DNA of 64,000 nucleotides from Candidatus Eiseniibacteriota bacterium. GTDB lineage: Bacteria; Eisenbacteria; RBG-16-71-46; CAIMUX01; VGJL01. A program made the translations under genes and the position numbers. Below, in pieces: positions 1 through 9,697 of the stretch. How positions within the stretch are numbered: position 1 is the stretch's first letter; each line of letters opens with the position of its first letter. Below the pieces are notes generated by a model. The model saw only the letters and a list, made by a program, of their open reading frames with translations. It searched no databases and was not told the origin of the DNA. Location of the stretch: positions 224,001 through 288,000 of the forward strand of contig CAWBWI010000004.1 of the NCBI GenBank assembly GCA_963792585.1, written 5' to 3'.

Positions 1-2
1 GG

Positions 3-500
3 CGCGCCGCGCTCGCGGCCTCGCTCCACCGACATCTCGACCCCGAGGCGCCGCAGGAGATGCGCCAAATGCTGTGCCATGCGGCGACCGTGCTCGACAT
101 CGGACGCAGCGTCGACTACTACCACCGCCACGAGCACTCCGCCACGATCCTCCGCTCGACGAACTTGATGGGCTTCTCGCACCGCGAGATCGTCCTCATC
201 TCCGCGATCGTCGAATTCGCCGACGGCGAGGACGCGAGTCTCAAACGCTTCCGCCCCCTACTCCACCAGGCGGATCGAGGGTCGGTCCTCCGGGCGGGCC
301 TCGTGCTCGCCATCGCTGACGAGATCGAACACCGACTGCCCCCGAACAGACCCGCCCGGGTCTTCTGTCGGGTCCGGGAAGACGGCTTCACCATCCGCTC
401 CCCATACCTGAGAGCATGGCAACCACGATCCATCGCGGCCCGATTCCGTAAGCTCTTCGGGATAGCCCTCACAACAGGCGCGAAAGGGAAATCCGCATGA
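3..500 (+). CDS. ppx: Ppx/GppA exopolyphosphatase, C-terminal HD-like domain (5' partial)
   Basis: Frame open from the window start. AATVLDIGRSVDYYHRHEHSATIL..GFSHREIVLI matches the Ppx/GppA C-terminal region. PolyP gene neighbourhood. Confidence 0.75.
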   Translation, partial: RAALAASLHRHLDPEAPQEMRQMLCHAATVLDIGRSVDYYHRHEHSATILRSTNLMGFSHREIVLISAIVEFADGEDASLKRFRPLLHQADRGSVLRAGLVLAIADEIEHRLPPNRPARVFCRVREDGFTIRSPYLRAWQPRSIAARFRKLFGIALTTGAKGKSA

Positions 501-1255
501 ACTTCAGAGAGCCCGCAGGCCTCCCCGGACGACTGATCATTGTCGAGGGGATCGACGGATCGGGCAAGAGCACGCAACTCGATCTGCTTCAGAAGTGGCT
601 CGTGAGCGAGAACTACCTCGTCGTTTCGACGGAGTGGAATTCCTCGCCGATCGTCAAGCGGACGACCAGTCGGGGCAAGAAACTTCGCCTCCTGTCTCCG
701 ATGTCGTTCAGCCTGATCCATGCCGCCGACTTCGCAAGCAGGATCCATTCGCAGATCCTGCCCGCGCTGGAGGCGGGTGCCGTCGTGCTGGCCGATCGCT
801 ATGTCTACACTGCGTTCGCGCGCGACGGAGTTCGGGGGGTCGATGGCCGCTGGTTGCGGCGGCTCTACTCCTTCGCCTTCCGGCCCTCACTCGCCTTCTA
901 CTTCGATGTGCCCCTGGAGGAAGCGGTCTCCCGCATCCTGGCGGGCCGCCCCGAACTGAAGTACTACGAGGCGGGACTCGATCTCGGGCTGAGCGGCGAC
1001 CCATCGGAGTCGTTTCGGATCTTCCAGGGACTGATCCGGGCAGAGTACGACCGAATCGTCGATGAATACGGGCTCATCCGCATCGATGCCAACGAGAATC
1101 TGGTTCGCCAGCAGACGCGGGTCCGCGAGACCGTTCGCTCCTGCCTCGAAGGCGTCATGAAGGTCGACAATGCGGGACTCCACAGCGCCCTGCTCCAGAC
1201 CAAGCTCAGAGGGCGCTATCTGCTATCCACCGGCCGGGGAGGATTCTCGGCATGA
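497..1255 (+). CDS. Thymidylate-kinase-like P-loop kinase, subunit A (candidate heteromeric polyphosphate kinase subunit)
   Basis: IIVEGIDGSGKSTQ Walker A and VLADRY motif. ATGA overlap with ppx. Confidence 0.85.
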   Translation: MNFREPAGLPGRLIIVEGIDGSGKSTQLDLLQKWLVSENYLVVSTEWNSSPIVKRTTSRGKKLRLLSPMSFSLIHAADFASRIHSQILPALEAGAVVLADRYVYTAFARDGVRGVDGRWLRRLYSFAFRPSLAFYFDVPLEEAVSRILAGRPELKYYEAGLDLGLSGDPSESFRIFQGLIRAEYDRIVDEYGLIRIDANENLVRQQTRVRETVRSCLEGVMKVDNAGLHSALLQTKLRGRYLLSTGRGGFSA

Positions 1256-1962
1256 CCAAGCTCGGCTTCTATGGGCACCGCCCACCGGGGCTCGATGGTG
1301 AATCGTTGCCGGGACGGTTGATCGTGATCGAGGGAACCGACGGGGTTGGCCGCTCGACGCAGATCGCGCTCCTGCGCGAGTGGCTGGAGGGCCGGGGATA
1401 CGCGGTCCTCGACACGGGCTTCACGCGCTCCAAGCTGGTGGGGCCGGGTATCCAGAGGGCGAAGCAAGGCCATACGCTCGATCCGATCACGCTGAATCTC
1501 TTCTACGCGACGGACTTCTGGGACCGCCTCGAACGGGAGATCCTGCCCGGCCTGCGTGCAGGCATGGTCGTGCTCGTCGATCGCTACATCTTCTCGCTGA
1601 TCGCGCGCGCCATCCTTCGGGGAGTCTCCTCCGAATGGATCGAGGGGCTCTACGAGTTTGCCCTGGTGCCCGATCGGGTGATCTACCTGGACATCGATGT
1701 GCCGTCTCTCCTGCCGCGCGTTCTCAGCAGCACCGGCTTCGATTACTGGGAGTCGGGTCAGGACTTCCTCCGCTCCGGGAGCGTCTACCAGGACTTCGTG
1801 ACCTACCAGACACGGCTCCTGGAGGAGTTCCGGCGCCTGGCGGCCCGCAACGGCTTCAAGGTGATCGACGGCAGGGGATCGATCCTCGAGATCTTCCGGG
1901 CCGTCTCCGCCGAGGTCGAGGGTCTGATTCTCGAGATGGGGACCGAGGGTCTGGACGCCTAA
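1252..1962 (+). CDS. Thymidylate-kinase-like protein, subunit B (Walker A Lys replaced by Arg)
   Basis: IVIEGTDGVGRSTQ and VLVDRY. Paralogous to the upstream gene, ATGA overlap. Confidence 0.85.
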   Translation: MTKLGFYGHRPPGLDGESLPGRLIVIEGTDGVGRSTQIALLREWLEGRGYAVLDTGFTRSKLVGPGIQRAKQGHTLDPITLNLFYATDFWDRLEREILPGLRAGMVVLVDRYIFSLIARAILRGVSSEWIEGLYEFALVPDRVIYLDIDVPSLLPRVLSSTGFDYWESGQDFLRSGSVYQDFVTYQTRLLEEFRRLAARNGFKVIDGRGSILEIFRAVSAEVEGLILEMGTEGLDA

Positions 1963-1963
1963 G

Positions 1964-2461
1964 CTAGAGCTCGAGCATGACGCGGGGCGGCAAGACCCAG
2001 GACAGGTGTGCGCCGCCGGGCCGAAGTTCCTCAGCCACCTCGAGCAGCGCGATGCCCCCCTTTCGCATGTCGACGAGCGCTTGAGCCCGCGACCCCGCCA
2101 GGAGGTACGAGACCAGCTCGTGCAGACCCGGTTCGTGGCCGACAACGGCCACGGAGGGACCGGAGAGAGCGGGCTTCAGTGCGGCGACAACATCCGCCGG
2201 CGTCCCGCCCGGCTCCAGCTCCTTGAGTACGGTCGGCGCCGGCCACCGCGCCTCGCCCGCGAGGATCTCGGCGGTTCGCCATGCACGCGCGAGCGGACTG
2301 CTCCAGACGGAGTCCGGGGGCGACGCGATTCGACGCAAACGGCGGGCGATTCGCCGGAACCGCTTCTCCCCCTTTTCGGTCAGGGGTCGATCCCGGTCGT
2401 CGGGCCATCGCTCGGCGTCACGCTCGAAGGCGATTGCGTGGCGGATGATATAGAGTTGCAC
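1964..2461 (-). CDS. sixA: Phosphohistidine phosphatase SixA
   Basis: LYIIRHA, RPLT.KG, SSPLARAW.TA and VVGHEP motifs. AGGAGG SD before a GTG start. Confidence 0.9.
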   Translation of the reverse strand: MQLYIIRHAIAFERDAERWPDDRDRPLTEKGEKRFRRIARRLRRIASPPDSVWSSPLARAWRTAEILAGEARWPAPTVLKELEPGGTPADVVAALKPALSGPSVAVVGHEPGLHELVSYLLAGSRAQALVDMRKGGIALLEVAEELRPGGAHLSWVLPPRVMLEL

Positions 2462-4146
2462 GATTTCTTCCTCCTGTCCCCCCGGGACCCAGGGTTGCGG
2501 ACGGCGTCGCGAACGAGATCAGACGCGAGCTCTTCCGCTTGCGCGGTCAGCGCCCCCTCGAGGCGCTTCCATGACCGCCCGCGCACGCGCCGGTAGGTCT
2601 TCCGGAACCGTTTGCGGATCCGGCCGATTCTGTCGGCGTGCATCTGGGCCAGCTCACCGATCGCAAGCAGCGTGGCCGCGGAGAATTGGCCGCCATGCGC
2701 GGCCACGATCCCGCGAAGCGCGACGATCGCCACCTCGGAATCCTGTTGAAGCCCGAGGAGATCCTGTAGCCTCACCAGCGCGCGAATCATCCGCTTTGCC
2801 GGCACTCCGTAGATCGGCGCGAGGAACTCGAGGGCGTACCGCAGCCGCTTCGCGCGGATACGGAGACTGTGATAGGTCGCCGGCGGGGACTCCGCATGGA
2901 CCCCTCTGCCCGCCTTCACGAGCTTCTTCCGTGCCCGACCGACCATCGCCGGTCCCGCCAGGCGGATCGGCGTCGTCGATCCCGGGGGCCTTGTCGAGGG
3001 AACCCGACGCAGGGCTTCCGTCGCGGACGCCACGAACCGCTCATGGCGCGGGGAGTCCAGAATCCGGAGTAGGTCCCTGCGGGCATCCTCGCGGCGTTGC
3101 TCCAGCACAACCATGAGAGGATCGAGGGCCGCTGCGCTCGTGGTTGCGATCCGCGGGATCCACGCCCCGATCTGAGCGGACATGACATCGAGATCGCGCG
3201 CCGCGCCCAGAGCCCGGCCAACGACGCGGAACTGCGCGCGCATCGATGCGGCCGGTCTCGCCGGCAATGCGTTCTCGAAGAGGCGCAGCGCGGCTCGCAG
3301 CCGGCGGCTTGCCACCCGCATGTCGTGGAGATACTTTGGGTGCTCGCCGAGCCGCACGCCCGGCTCATTCCGGAGGAATGCGGCGAACTGCCTGCGGAGC
3401 ACTGCAACGGCGACCTCTCCGGCCGTGAGACCGGCGTCGATTCCGGTCGAACCCAGATCCTCCGGGGCCGCTGGATCGAGGCCACGCACGAGCAGCGCGC
3501 GTTCGAATTTCGTCGTCCCCGCAAGGGCCAGGGACAACTCCGCCTGCAGCCTCCTGACGAACGGTTGAAACGACGCGACCGCGTCTGCCGGGGCCTCCAC
3601 CTCGATGCGGCGAATCACCTCCACCGGCGTTCCGTCATCGGCGAGAATCGTCGTCTCGTCCAGGGCGATCGCCCCCTCGCGGCCATCCGGTCCCCGAAGC
3701 CATCGCTCCTCACGGTGCGTGCGGAGTTCGCCGATGACCCGGAGGCTCTTCCTGCCGCAGACGCGCGAGACCCTCGTGCCCACCGCCCCGGGGGCGTCGA
3801 CGAGAAGGTCCGGGTTCGCGGCGGGAAGCAGCTCGCGGAGTTCCCACCGCCGCGCAATTTCCTCAACCGGGCCTCTCAGCTCCTTCAGGCAGGCTTCGAC
3901 CCGATCCTCGGCGCTGCGGATGCGAAGGGCGTAACCCGCTCGGTAGATTCTCCAGTCCGGCGTGTCGAGGTACCGATCGTGGAGATCCAAGGTCGTCGGC
4001 ACGCCGATCGCGAGCGGACGATCGGCCGAGGAAATCCCCAACCAGCGCCGTGCGTCAACAAGGTCGTCGCACTCGAACTGCCATTCCGCCTCGATGCTCC
4101 CGTCCCGCAAAGAATCGAGTCGAGGCTCTTCACCACGCGCATCCAC
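2380..4146 (-). CDS. CYTH + CHAD domain protein (polyphosphate-binding)
   Basis: N-terminal CYTH (E.EWQF, DRYLDT.D.RI...GYALRIR, IALD, IEVE). C-terminal CHAD (LHDMRVASRRLRA, RDLDV, YHSLRIRAKRLRYALE, LQDLLG.QQD). Confidence 0.9.
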   Translation of the reverse strand: MDARGEEPRLDSLRDGSIEAEWQFECDDLVDARRWLGISSADRPLAIGVPTTLDLHDRYLDTPDWRIYRAGYALRIRSAEDRVEACLKELRGPVEEIARRWELRELLPAANPDLLVDAPGAVGTRVSRVCGRKSLRVIGELRTHREERWLRGPDGREGAIALDETTILADDGTPVEVIRRIEVEAPADAVASFQPFVRRLQAELSLALAGTTKFERALLVRGLDPAAPEDLGSTGIDAGLTAGEVAVAVLRRQFAAFLRNEPGVRLGEHPKYLHDMRVASRRLRAALRLFENALPARPAASMRAQFRVVGRALGAARDLDVMSAQIGAWIPRIATTSAAALDPLMVVLEQRREDARRDLLRILDSPRHERFVASATEALRRVPSTRPPGSTTPIRLAGPAMVGRARKKLVKAGRGVHAESPPATYHSLRIRAKRLRYALEFLAPIYGVPAKRMIRALVRLQDLLGLQQDSEVAIVALRGIVAAHGGQFSAATLLAIGELAQMHADRIGRIRKRFRKTYRRVRGRSWKRLEGALTAQAEELASDLVRDAVRNPGSRGDRRKKSCNSISSATQSPSSVTPSDGPTTGIDP

Positions 4147-4210
4147 GGATCGATCGTATCACACCGCGTCGGGAGCGCCTTCCGGACGACCCGCGCAACG
4201 TCGCCGCCCA

Positions 4211-5014
4211 TCAATCGATTCGTGTCTTGCGCAGCCCCTTCACAGCCTTGGGATAGCTCATGTCGAGACCCTCGAGCGTCTGGACGAGCACGCTCGCGAC
4301 GACGAGGTTGCGAAACCACTTGTGATCCGCCGGCACGACGTGCCATGGGGCACGATCCGTGCTCGTCGCGCCGATCGCATCCTCGTAGGCCTTCATGTAT
4401 TCGCCCCAGAGTCTTCGTTCGCCGAGGTCTCCGACGGCGAACTTCCATTGTTTCCGGGGATCGTCACGCCGCTCCTCCAGCCGCTTCCTCTGTTCGTCCT
4501 TGCTGATATGAAGGAAGAACTTGACGATCGTCGTCCCCTCGTCGGCCAGCCCCTTCTCGAAGTCGTTGATGGTCCCGTAGCGGCGTCGCCAGATCTTCTC
4601 GGGGACGAGCCCGTGCACGCGGACGACCAAGACGTCCTCGTAGTGGCTGCGGTTGAAGACCACGATCTCGCCCCTACCCGGCGTCTGCTGGTGGATCCTC
4701 CAGAGGAAGTCGTGATCCTGCTCCGGTGGAGTGGGGACCTTGAAATTCGCGACGCGGACCCCTTGAGGGTTCACCCCCTGAAAGACGTGGCGGATCGTTC
4801 CATCCTTCCCGCCGGTGTCCATCGCCTGCAGGACGACCAGGACCTTGTGCGCATGCTGCGCGTAGAGGACGGTCTGAAGCTCCGCGAGTCGAGCCTGCAG
4901 GAGTGCGAGTTTCGCCTCCGCCGCGGTCTTCCCGCCTCGAAATCCCCCGCGATCGGCAGGGTCCCGCTTCGCGAGATCGACACTCGAGCCCGGTTGAATC
5001 CGGTAGCGTTCCAC
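4211..5014 (-). CDS. ppk2: Polyphosphate kinase 2 family (class III-like polyP:nucleotide phosphotransferase)
   Basis: LQAMDTGGKDGTIR, FNRSHYEDVL, KFFLHISKDEQ, APWHVVPADHKWFRN. Start placed at GTG 5014 after GGAGG. Confidence 0.93.
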   Translation of the reverse strand: MERYRIQPGSSVDLAKRDPADRGGFRGGKTAAEAKLALLQARLAELQTVLYAQHAHKVLVVLQAMDTGGKDGTIRHVFQGVNPQGVRVANFKVPTPPEQDHDFLWRIHQQTPGRGEIVVFNRSHYEDVLVVRVHGLVPEKIWRRRYGTINDFEKGLADEGTTIVKFFLHISKDEQRKRLEERRDDPRKQWKFAVGDLGERRLWGEYMKAYEDAIGATSTDRAPWHVVPADHKWFRNLVVASVLVQTLEGLDMSYPKAVKGLRKTRID

Positions 5015-5033
5015 CCGACCTCCAAGGGTCACC

Positions 5034-5390
5034 TCAGATGGTGATCACCTTCGCCGCACGCCACTGCGCCTCGATGATGTCCGTCATCCCTCCGACGATC
5101 CCGACCTTCACGTCGTCGAGCATTCCGAAGTAGTCGAGACAGGTCTTGCAGACGACCAAGTGGACTCCCTTGCCCTCGAGAGATCGCAGTTGATCGAGCA
5201 CCGGAGAGCCTTCCACGACGAGCTTCACGCCGTCCGCATAGAAACAGATCGCCCCGGGAAGCATGTTGCTCTCATCGAGCAGCTTGAGGTAGATCCCGGC
5301 GAGCTTGTGCTGGAGTTCCGTTTCGGCCCGCCCCATTCCGTCGCTGGTCGCCAGAATGAGCAGGGATGGGTCCTTGATCTTCGCGTCCAA
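5034..5390 (-). CDS. DsrE/YedF-like sulfurtransferase-family protein
   Basis: ICFYADGVKLVVEGSPVLDQL..LE.KGV.LVVCKTCLDYFG...VGIVGGMTDII. TTG start at 5390 after GGGAGG. Confidence 0.8.
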   Translation of the reverse strand: MDAKIKDPSLLILATSDGMGRAETELQHKLAGIYLKLLDESNMLPGAICFYADGVKLVVEGSPVLDQLRSLEGKGVHLVVCKTCLDYFGMLDDVKVGIVGGMTDIIEAQWRAAKVITI

Positions 5391-5794
5391 GTAACCTCCC
5401 TTTCGTACGTCGGTCTCGCCGTCTTCGCCTGCACGGAGTCGTGCGGCCGGTAGCTCCCGCCTTCGACTGTCGCATCCAAGTCGGTGATCCAAAGATAGCA
5501 GGACCTCTCCGTCTCGCGCAGTTGAACGTCGCCGGCCCGCTCTGTTGGACGGGGCCGGCGGATCGCCTCCCCCGTGGGGGACCCGCCGTGATACCATCCG
5601 ACGGGCGATTCGGGCATGATGGGCGCGAAATCGTCCGATCGTCTTTGGTTCGGGTCCGGCCGGACGAAGGGGACTCACGCGATGATGAAGCTCGCGAACG
5701 CCCGGGAATGGTGTCCTTCCACACCGCCCATCGACGCGCGCCCGACATCGGCGTCTCTCGGTCGAGCCCATCTCCATGGTCGCACTCCGACTGA

Positions 5795-7420
5795 ATGCGC
5801 ATGACACTTCTCCGCGGATCCTCCTTGCTCCTCATCGCGCTTGGCCTGCTCGCCCGGTTCGTCGTCCTTGGCATTGCTCCCCGCTACGGCTACGCGTGGG
5901 ATCATTTCGACAACATAGGGATGGGACGTACCGCCGCTTCGGCGGGACTCCTGCGGGTCTATTCCGTCTCGAAGGAAGACATCGCGATCGTTCATGGCCA
6001 GACATGGAAGAACGGCGCCCTCGAGGCAATCGACCGCCGCGCCAACATCGCCCCGAACTACCCCCCGCTCGCGATCACGATCTTCTTGGCGCAGACATCG
6101 GTCCTTGCCGCGATGCAGGAACGTCTCACCGCAAACACCTTCGGCGCGCGCCTCGTGATGGCGTCCATCCCGATCGCATTCGAGTGGATCACGGCGGTGG
6201 CAGCCGGGGCGATCGCCGCCAGGCTGTTCGGAGAGCGAAGGCGCCGTATCGCGCAGGGACTCACCTGGCTCCTTCCGCCGATCTTCCTGAACTCGTGCCT
6301 GTGGGGTCAGGTCGACGCCTTCTTCCTCGCTCCCGCCGCGCTGGCCGTGCTGTTCCTGCTGGACCGAAGGTGGGCGGCCGCCGGGATCACGGTCGCGGCC
6401 GCGTCCCTTCTGAAACCGCAGGGCCTTCTTCTCGCGCCGATCGCGTTGTTCGGCGCCGTGATCGGCATGGACGATGCGCCCCGGATCGACGCCTCGCAGG
6501 TCGCCCGGCGGTTCTTCACGATATTCGGCAGCGCGGCGGCCGCGGTCGCTGTCCTCACTGCGCCGTGGATGGTCGTCGATGGAATCGCATGGGTGCGTCG
6601 ATCCTACGTCGTGAGCTTCTTGACCGCCTTTCCCGACACGACCCTCTATGCTTTCAACATCTGGTACGCCGATTTGCTGCGGCTGGACGGTCGCCCGGTC
6701 TTCGCCCTGGATAGCACAGCCCGATTGCTCGGCGTGACCAAGGATGTGTGGGGCCGCGCTCTGTTTGGAATCGCATCCGCGGGGATCGCCGTTCTCTGCT
6801 GGAAGAGGATGCGACCGCGTTCGGTCTCCTTGGTCTATTTCACAGCCCTGCTCCTGTGGAGCGCCTTCATGTTTCCGACGCGCGTCCACGAGCGGTTCAT
6901 CCTCTATGGGATACCGTTCATTCTGGTCCTCTCCGTTGGAGTCCGGAGTCTGAGACCGGCGTTCCTGGCCCTCCTGGTCGTCGGGACCGCCGAGCAAAGC
7001 TGGAATCTGTGGATGAAGGGATCTCCCGCGGGCGCCCTCATGAATCGTCGGCAGGTCGAGTCGCGTCTTGCGATACTTCAAGCGGAATACGATCAGACCT
7101 CTGCGGAGTCCTCGGTCCAGGGCATCCGGAAGCGGCCGACACGCGGCGATGCCGTCGCCTCCCTTGCGGCCGAAGCGGAGGCGGTCCTGCCGAGCTACGT
7201 GCGGACGCGGCGCACGCTACGCCTCTGGGAAACCGGCTTCACTCTCCTCTCGATCGCGGGTTACGCGGCGGCCCTCGTTGGCCGGCCGCGCTCCGCGGCC
7301 GAGCCCGGGAAATCGCCCGGCTCTGGCAGGAACCCATCGAGTCCACCCGCAACGGACAGACGCGCGAGGAGTCGCAACACACCGCCCCCGACTTGCAGGA
7401 CGCGCAGGGAGGCTCCATGA
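5795..7420 (+). CDS. Polytopic GT-C fold membrane glycosyltransferase (GT87/Gpi18-like)
   Basis: Many TM segments. NYPP, WGQVD, LLKPQ and HERF motifs. Confidence 0.7.
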   Translation: MRMTLLRGSSLLLIALGLLARFVVLGIAPRYGYAWDHFDNIGMGRTAASAGLLRVYSVSKEDIAIVHGQTWKNGALEAIDRRANIAPNYPPLAITIFLAQTSVLAAMQERLTANTFGARLVMASIPIAFEWITAVAAGAIAARLFGERRRRIAQGLTWLLPPIFLNSCLWGQVDAFFLAPAALAVLFLLDRRWAAAGITVAAASLLKPQGLLLAPIALFGAVIGMDDAPRIDASQVARRFFTIFGSAAAAVAVLTAPWMVVDGIAWVRRSYVVSFLTAFPDTTLYAFNIWYADLLRLDGRPVFALDSTARLLGVTKDVWGRALFGIASAGIAVLCWKRMRPRSVSLVYFTALLLWSAFMFPTRVHERFILYGIPFILVLSVGVRSLRPAFLALLVVGTAEQSWNLWMKGSPAGALMNRRQVESRLAILQAEYDQTSAESSVQGIRKRPTRGDAVASLAAEAEAVLPSYVRTRRTLRLWETGFTLLSIAGYAAALVGRPRSAAEPGKSPGSGRNPSSPPATDRRARSRNTPPPTCRTRREAP

Positions 7421-7474
7421 TGGGTCCATGGAATCCCGACCCCCTATGGGCAGTCTCAGAAGACGGATCCATCC

Positions 7475-8200
7475 TTGATCCGAGCGATCGGTCTGGCCCG
7501 CATCTACCGGCTGGGTGGACAGGAGATCCGCGCCGTGGACGGCGTCGACCTGGAGGTTCGCGAGGGCGAGTACCTCCGGGTCATCGGCGCATCCGGGTCC
7601 GGTAAGTCCACCCTTCTCTGTCTCCTCGCAGGTCTGGACAGCCCCACGGCGGGGCGGATCGAAACACCCCTGGGGGATCTGGCGACCCTGTCGCGACACG
7701 AGCTGGCGGTCTGGCGCGCCGAGCACGTCGGCATGGTCTTCCAGTCCTTCAACTTGATCCCCCATCGCACCGCTCTCCAGAACGTGGAGTTGGGAATGCT
7801 CTTCTATCGGATCCCCCGCGAGGAACGGACGCGGCGCGCTCGGGCGGCGCTTGACGAGATCGGCCTCGGGAATCGGATGCACCACCGCCCTTCAAACCTC
7901 TCCGGCGGGGAGCAACAGCGGGTCGCCCTCGCGCGCGCGCTCGTCAAGGGGCCCCGCATCCTTTTCGCCGACGAGCCGACCGGGAACCTTGACCAGGCGA
8001 ACGCAGACCAGCTCGCCCATACCCTCGCCGAACGCAACAAGGCGGGGATCTCGATCGTGCTGGTCACCCACGATCCCGCGTTGGCCGCCGAGGATGCGGA
8101 CCGAACGGTCCGGATGCATTACGGACGGATCGTGGAGGAATCGGCCCGTCGGCCCGGGGGCGTTCCTTCTGGCGATCCCCGAGGGTCGGCTACGCCATGA
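7475..8200 (+). CDS. ABC transporter ATP-binding protein (LolD/MacB type)
   Basis: GASGSGKST, VFQSFNL, LSGGEQQRVALARAL, ADEPTGNLD, VTHD. Start uncertain: an SD-backed ATG at 7417 is out of frame. Confidence 0.92.
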   Translation: MIRAIGLARIYRLGGQEIRAVDGVDLEVREGEYLRVIGASGSGKSTLLCLLAGLDSPTAGRIETPLGDLATLSRHELAVWRAEHVGMVFQSFNLIPHRTALQNVELGMLFYRIPREERTRRARAALDEIGLGNRMHHRPSNLSGGEQQRVALARALVKGPRILFADEPTGNLDQANADQLAHTLAERNKAGISIVLVTHDPALAAEDADRTVRMHYGRIVEESARRPGGVPSGDPRGSATP

Positions 8201-9585
8201 TCGGCCGGGAGTTCCTCAGCTTCGCCGCGGGCAACCTCTGGCGGATGAAGCTACGCGCGGGACTGACGATCAGCGGCGTCGTGATCGGCATCGGAGCCTT
8301 GGTCGCGATGCTCTCCTTCGCCAATGGCGTCCAGCGAAACGTATCGGGTGAGTTTCGGAAACTCGGGCTCTTCCGAACGATGCAGGTCTTCTCCGGGGCG
8401 GTTCCCGCATTCGGCGAGCGCCGCGCCGCCCAGGTCCCCGACACGACGAAGGGTCCCCCCCTGAACGCCGCCACGCTGGCGAAGATCAAGACGATCGATG
8501 GGGTCGCGCTCGTCTATCCACAACTGACGTTCGACGCGCGCATCGAAGGCCTGGGAACCGCTGCGACGGCCAAGGTCCAAGGACTCCCCGCATCGTTCGT
8601 GACGCAGCGCCCGTTCGGGGAGATGCGGGGGCGCTTCTTCGACTCCGACACGGCACATGAGGCGGTCGTCAGCACCAAATGGCTCACGCGCCAGAAGCTC
8701 CAACCCGACTCGGCCATGGGCAGGACCCTGACCGTACGGGCGACGGGAAGCGGCGAGATCTTCATCCTCCTCGCCACGAGAGAGCTGACGCGAATCGGCA
8801 TCCCGGAGCGGACCGTCTCCACTCTGGGCGAGGCGGCGAAGAAGATCCTGCCGATTCTTCGCGGTTCTCCGAACAGCAGCTTTCGCGTAGTCGGGATCAC
8901 CGACTTCGAATCGGGCTTCGGTTTCGACATGGGGAGCATCCTCGTTCCGATCGGCGCGGCGGAGCGGATCGACGCCATTTCGTTCAGCGATCCGACGGAG
9001 CTGCTGAAGCTCCTCTCCGAGCCGTCGAAGGGAGGATGGCCCCTGCTCGTCGTCACGGTCACGGACCAACGCGTCTACCCGCGCGTCAGGGCCGAGATCG
9101 AGGCCATGGGCCTGCACGTCTTCAGCTTTCTCGACCAGTTCGAGGAGATGCGGAAGTCCTTTCTGATCTTCGACGCGATCGTCGGGGCGATCGGCTTTCT
9201 GGCCCTCTTCATCGCCTCCCTCTCGATCGTGAACACGATGGTGATGTCGATCATCGAGCGGACCCGGGAAATAGGGATCCTCAAGTCCCTTGGCGCGGAG
9301 GAAGGACAGATTCGCCTCCTCTTCCTCGTCGAGTCCGGTCTGATCGGTCTCCTCGGCTCCGTGGGGGGGGTGCTCCTCGGCTACGGGGTCAGCCGGATCG
9401 GCGCCTATGTCCTTCGGCGCGTCATGGTCGCGCAGCACGTGCCGCCGGTCGACCTCTTCTGCCTGTCGGTCTGGATCGCCCTGGGAGCCATCGCATTCGG
9501 CGTGGGGGTGAGCCTGCTGGCCGGCCTCTACCCTGCTGCGCGGGCCGCCCGCGTCGATCCGGTGCAGGCGCTCCGGCAGGAATAG
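8197..9585 (+). CDS. ABC transporter permease (MacB/FtsX family)
   Basis: LTISGVVIGI, NTMVMSIIERTREIGILKSLGA, GLYPAARAARVDPVQALR. Confidence 0.92.
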   Translation: MIGREFLSFAAGNLWRMKLRAGLTISGVVIGIGALVAMLSFANGVQRNVSGEFRKLGLFRTMQVFSGAVPAFGERRAAQVPDTTKGPPLNAATLAKIKTIDGVALVYPQLTFDARIEGLGTAATAKVQGLPASFVTQRPFGEMRGRFFDSDTAHEAVVSTKWLTRQKLQPDSAMGRTLTVRATGSGEIFILLATRELTRIGIPERTVSTLGEAAKKILPILRGSPNSSFRVVGITDFESGFGFDMGSILVPIGAAERIDAISFSDPTELLKLLSEPSKGGWPLLVVTVTDQRVYPRVRAEIEAMGLHVFSFLDQFEEMRKSFLIFDAIVGAIGFLALFIASLSIVNTMVMSIIERTREIGILKSLGAEEGQIRLLFLVESGLIGLLGSVGGVLLGYGVSRIGAYVLRRVMVAQHVPPVDLFCLSVWIALGAIAFGVGVSLLAGLYPAARAARVDPVQALRQE

Positions 9586-9697
9586 CCGACTACAATAACG
9601 ATGGGAATGTACGTCGTCCCGCCGCGGACTCCCGCGACGACCATCCAGTCGTCAACACCTTTGAACCACTAGCCGGAACCGCACTCAGTTCACAGAC

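Noticed and set aside
2380..2461. 82-bp overlap of CYTH-CHAD with sixA as dual coding
   Set aside because: The overlapping tail is low-complexity and outside the CHAD domain. It is probably a run-on or an indel error.
7417..7475. Programmed frameshift at the start of the ABC ATPase
   Set aside because: The out-of-frame SD-backed ATG is more simply an indel error or a TTG start, given the error rate in the window.
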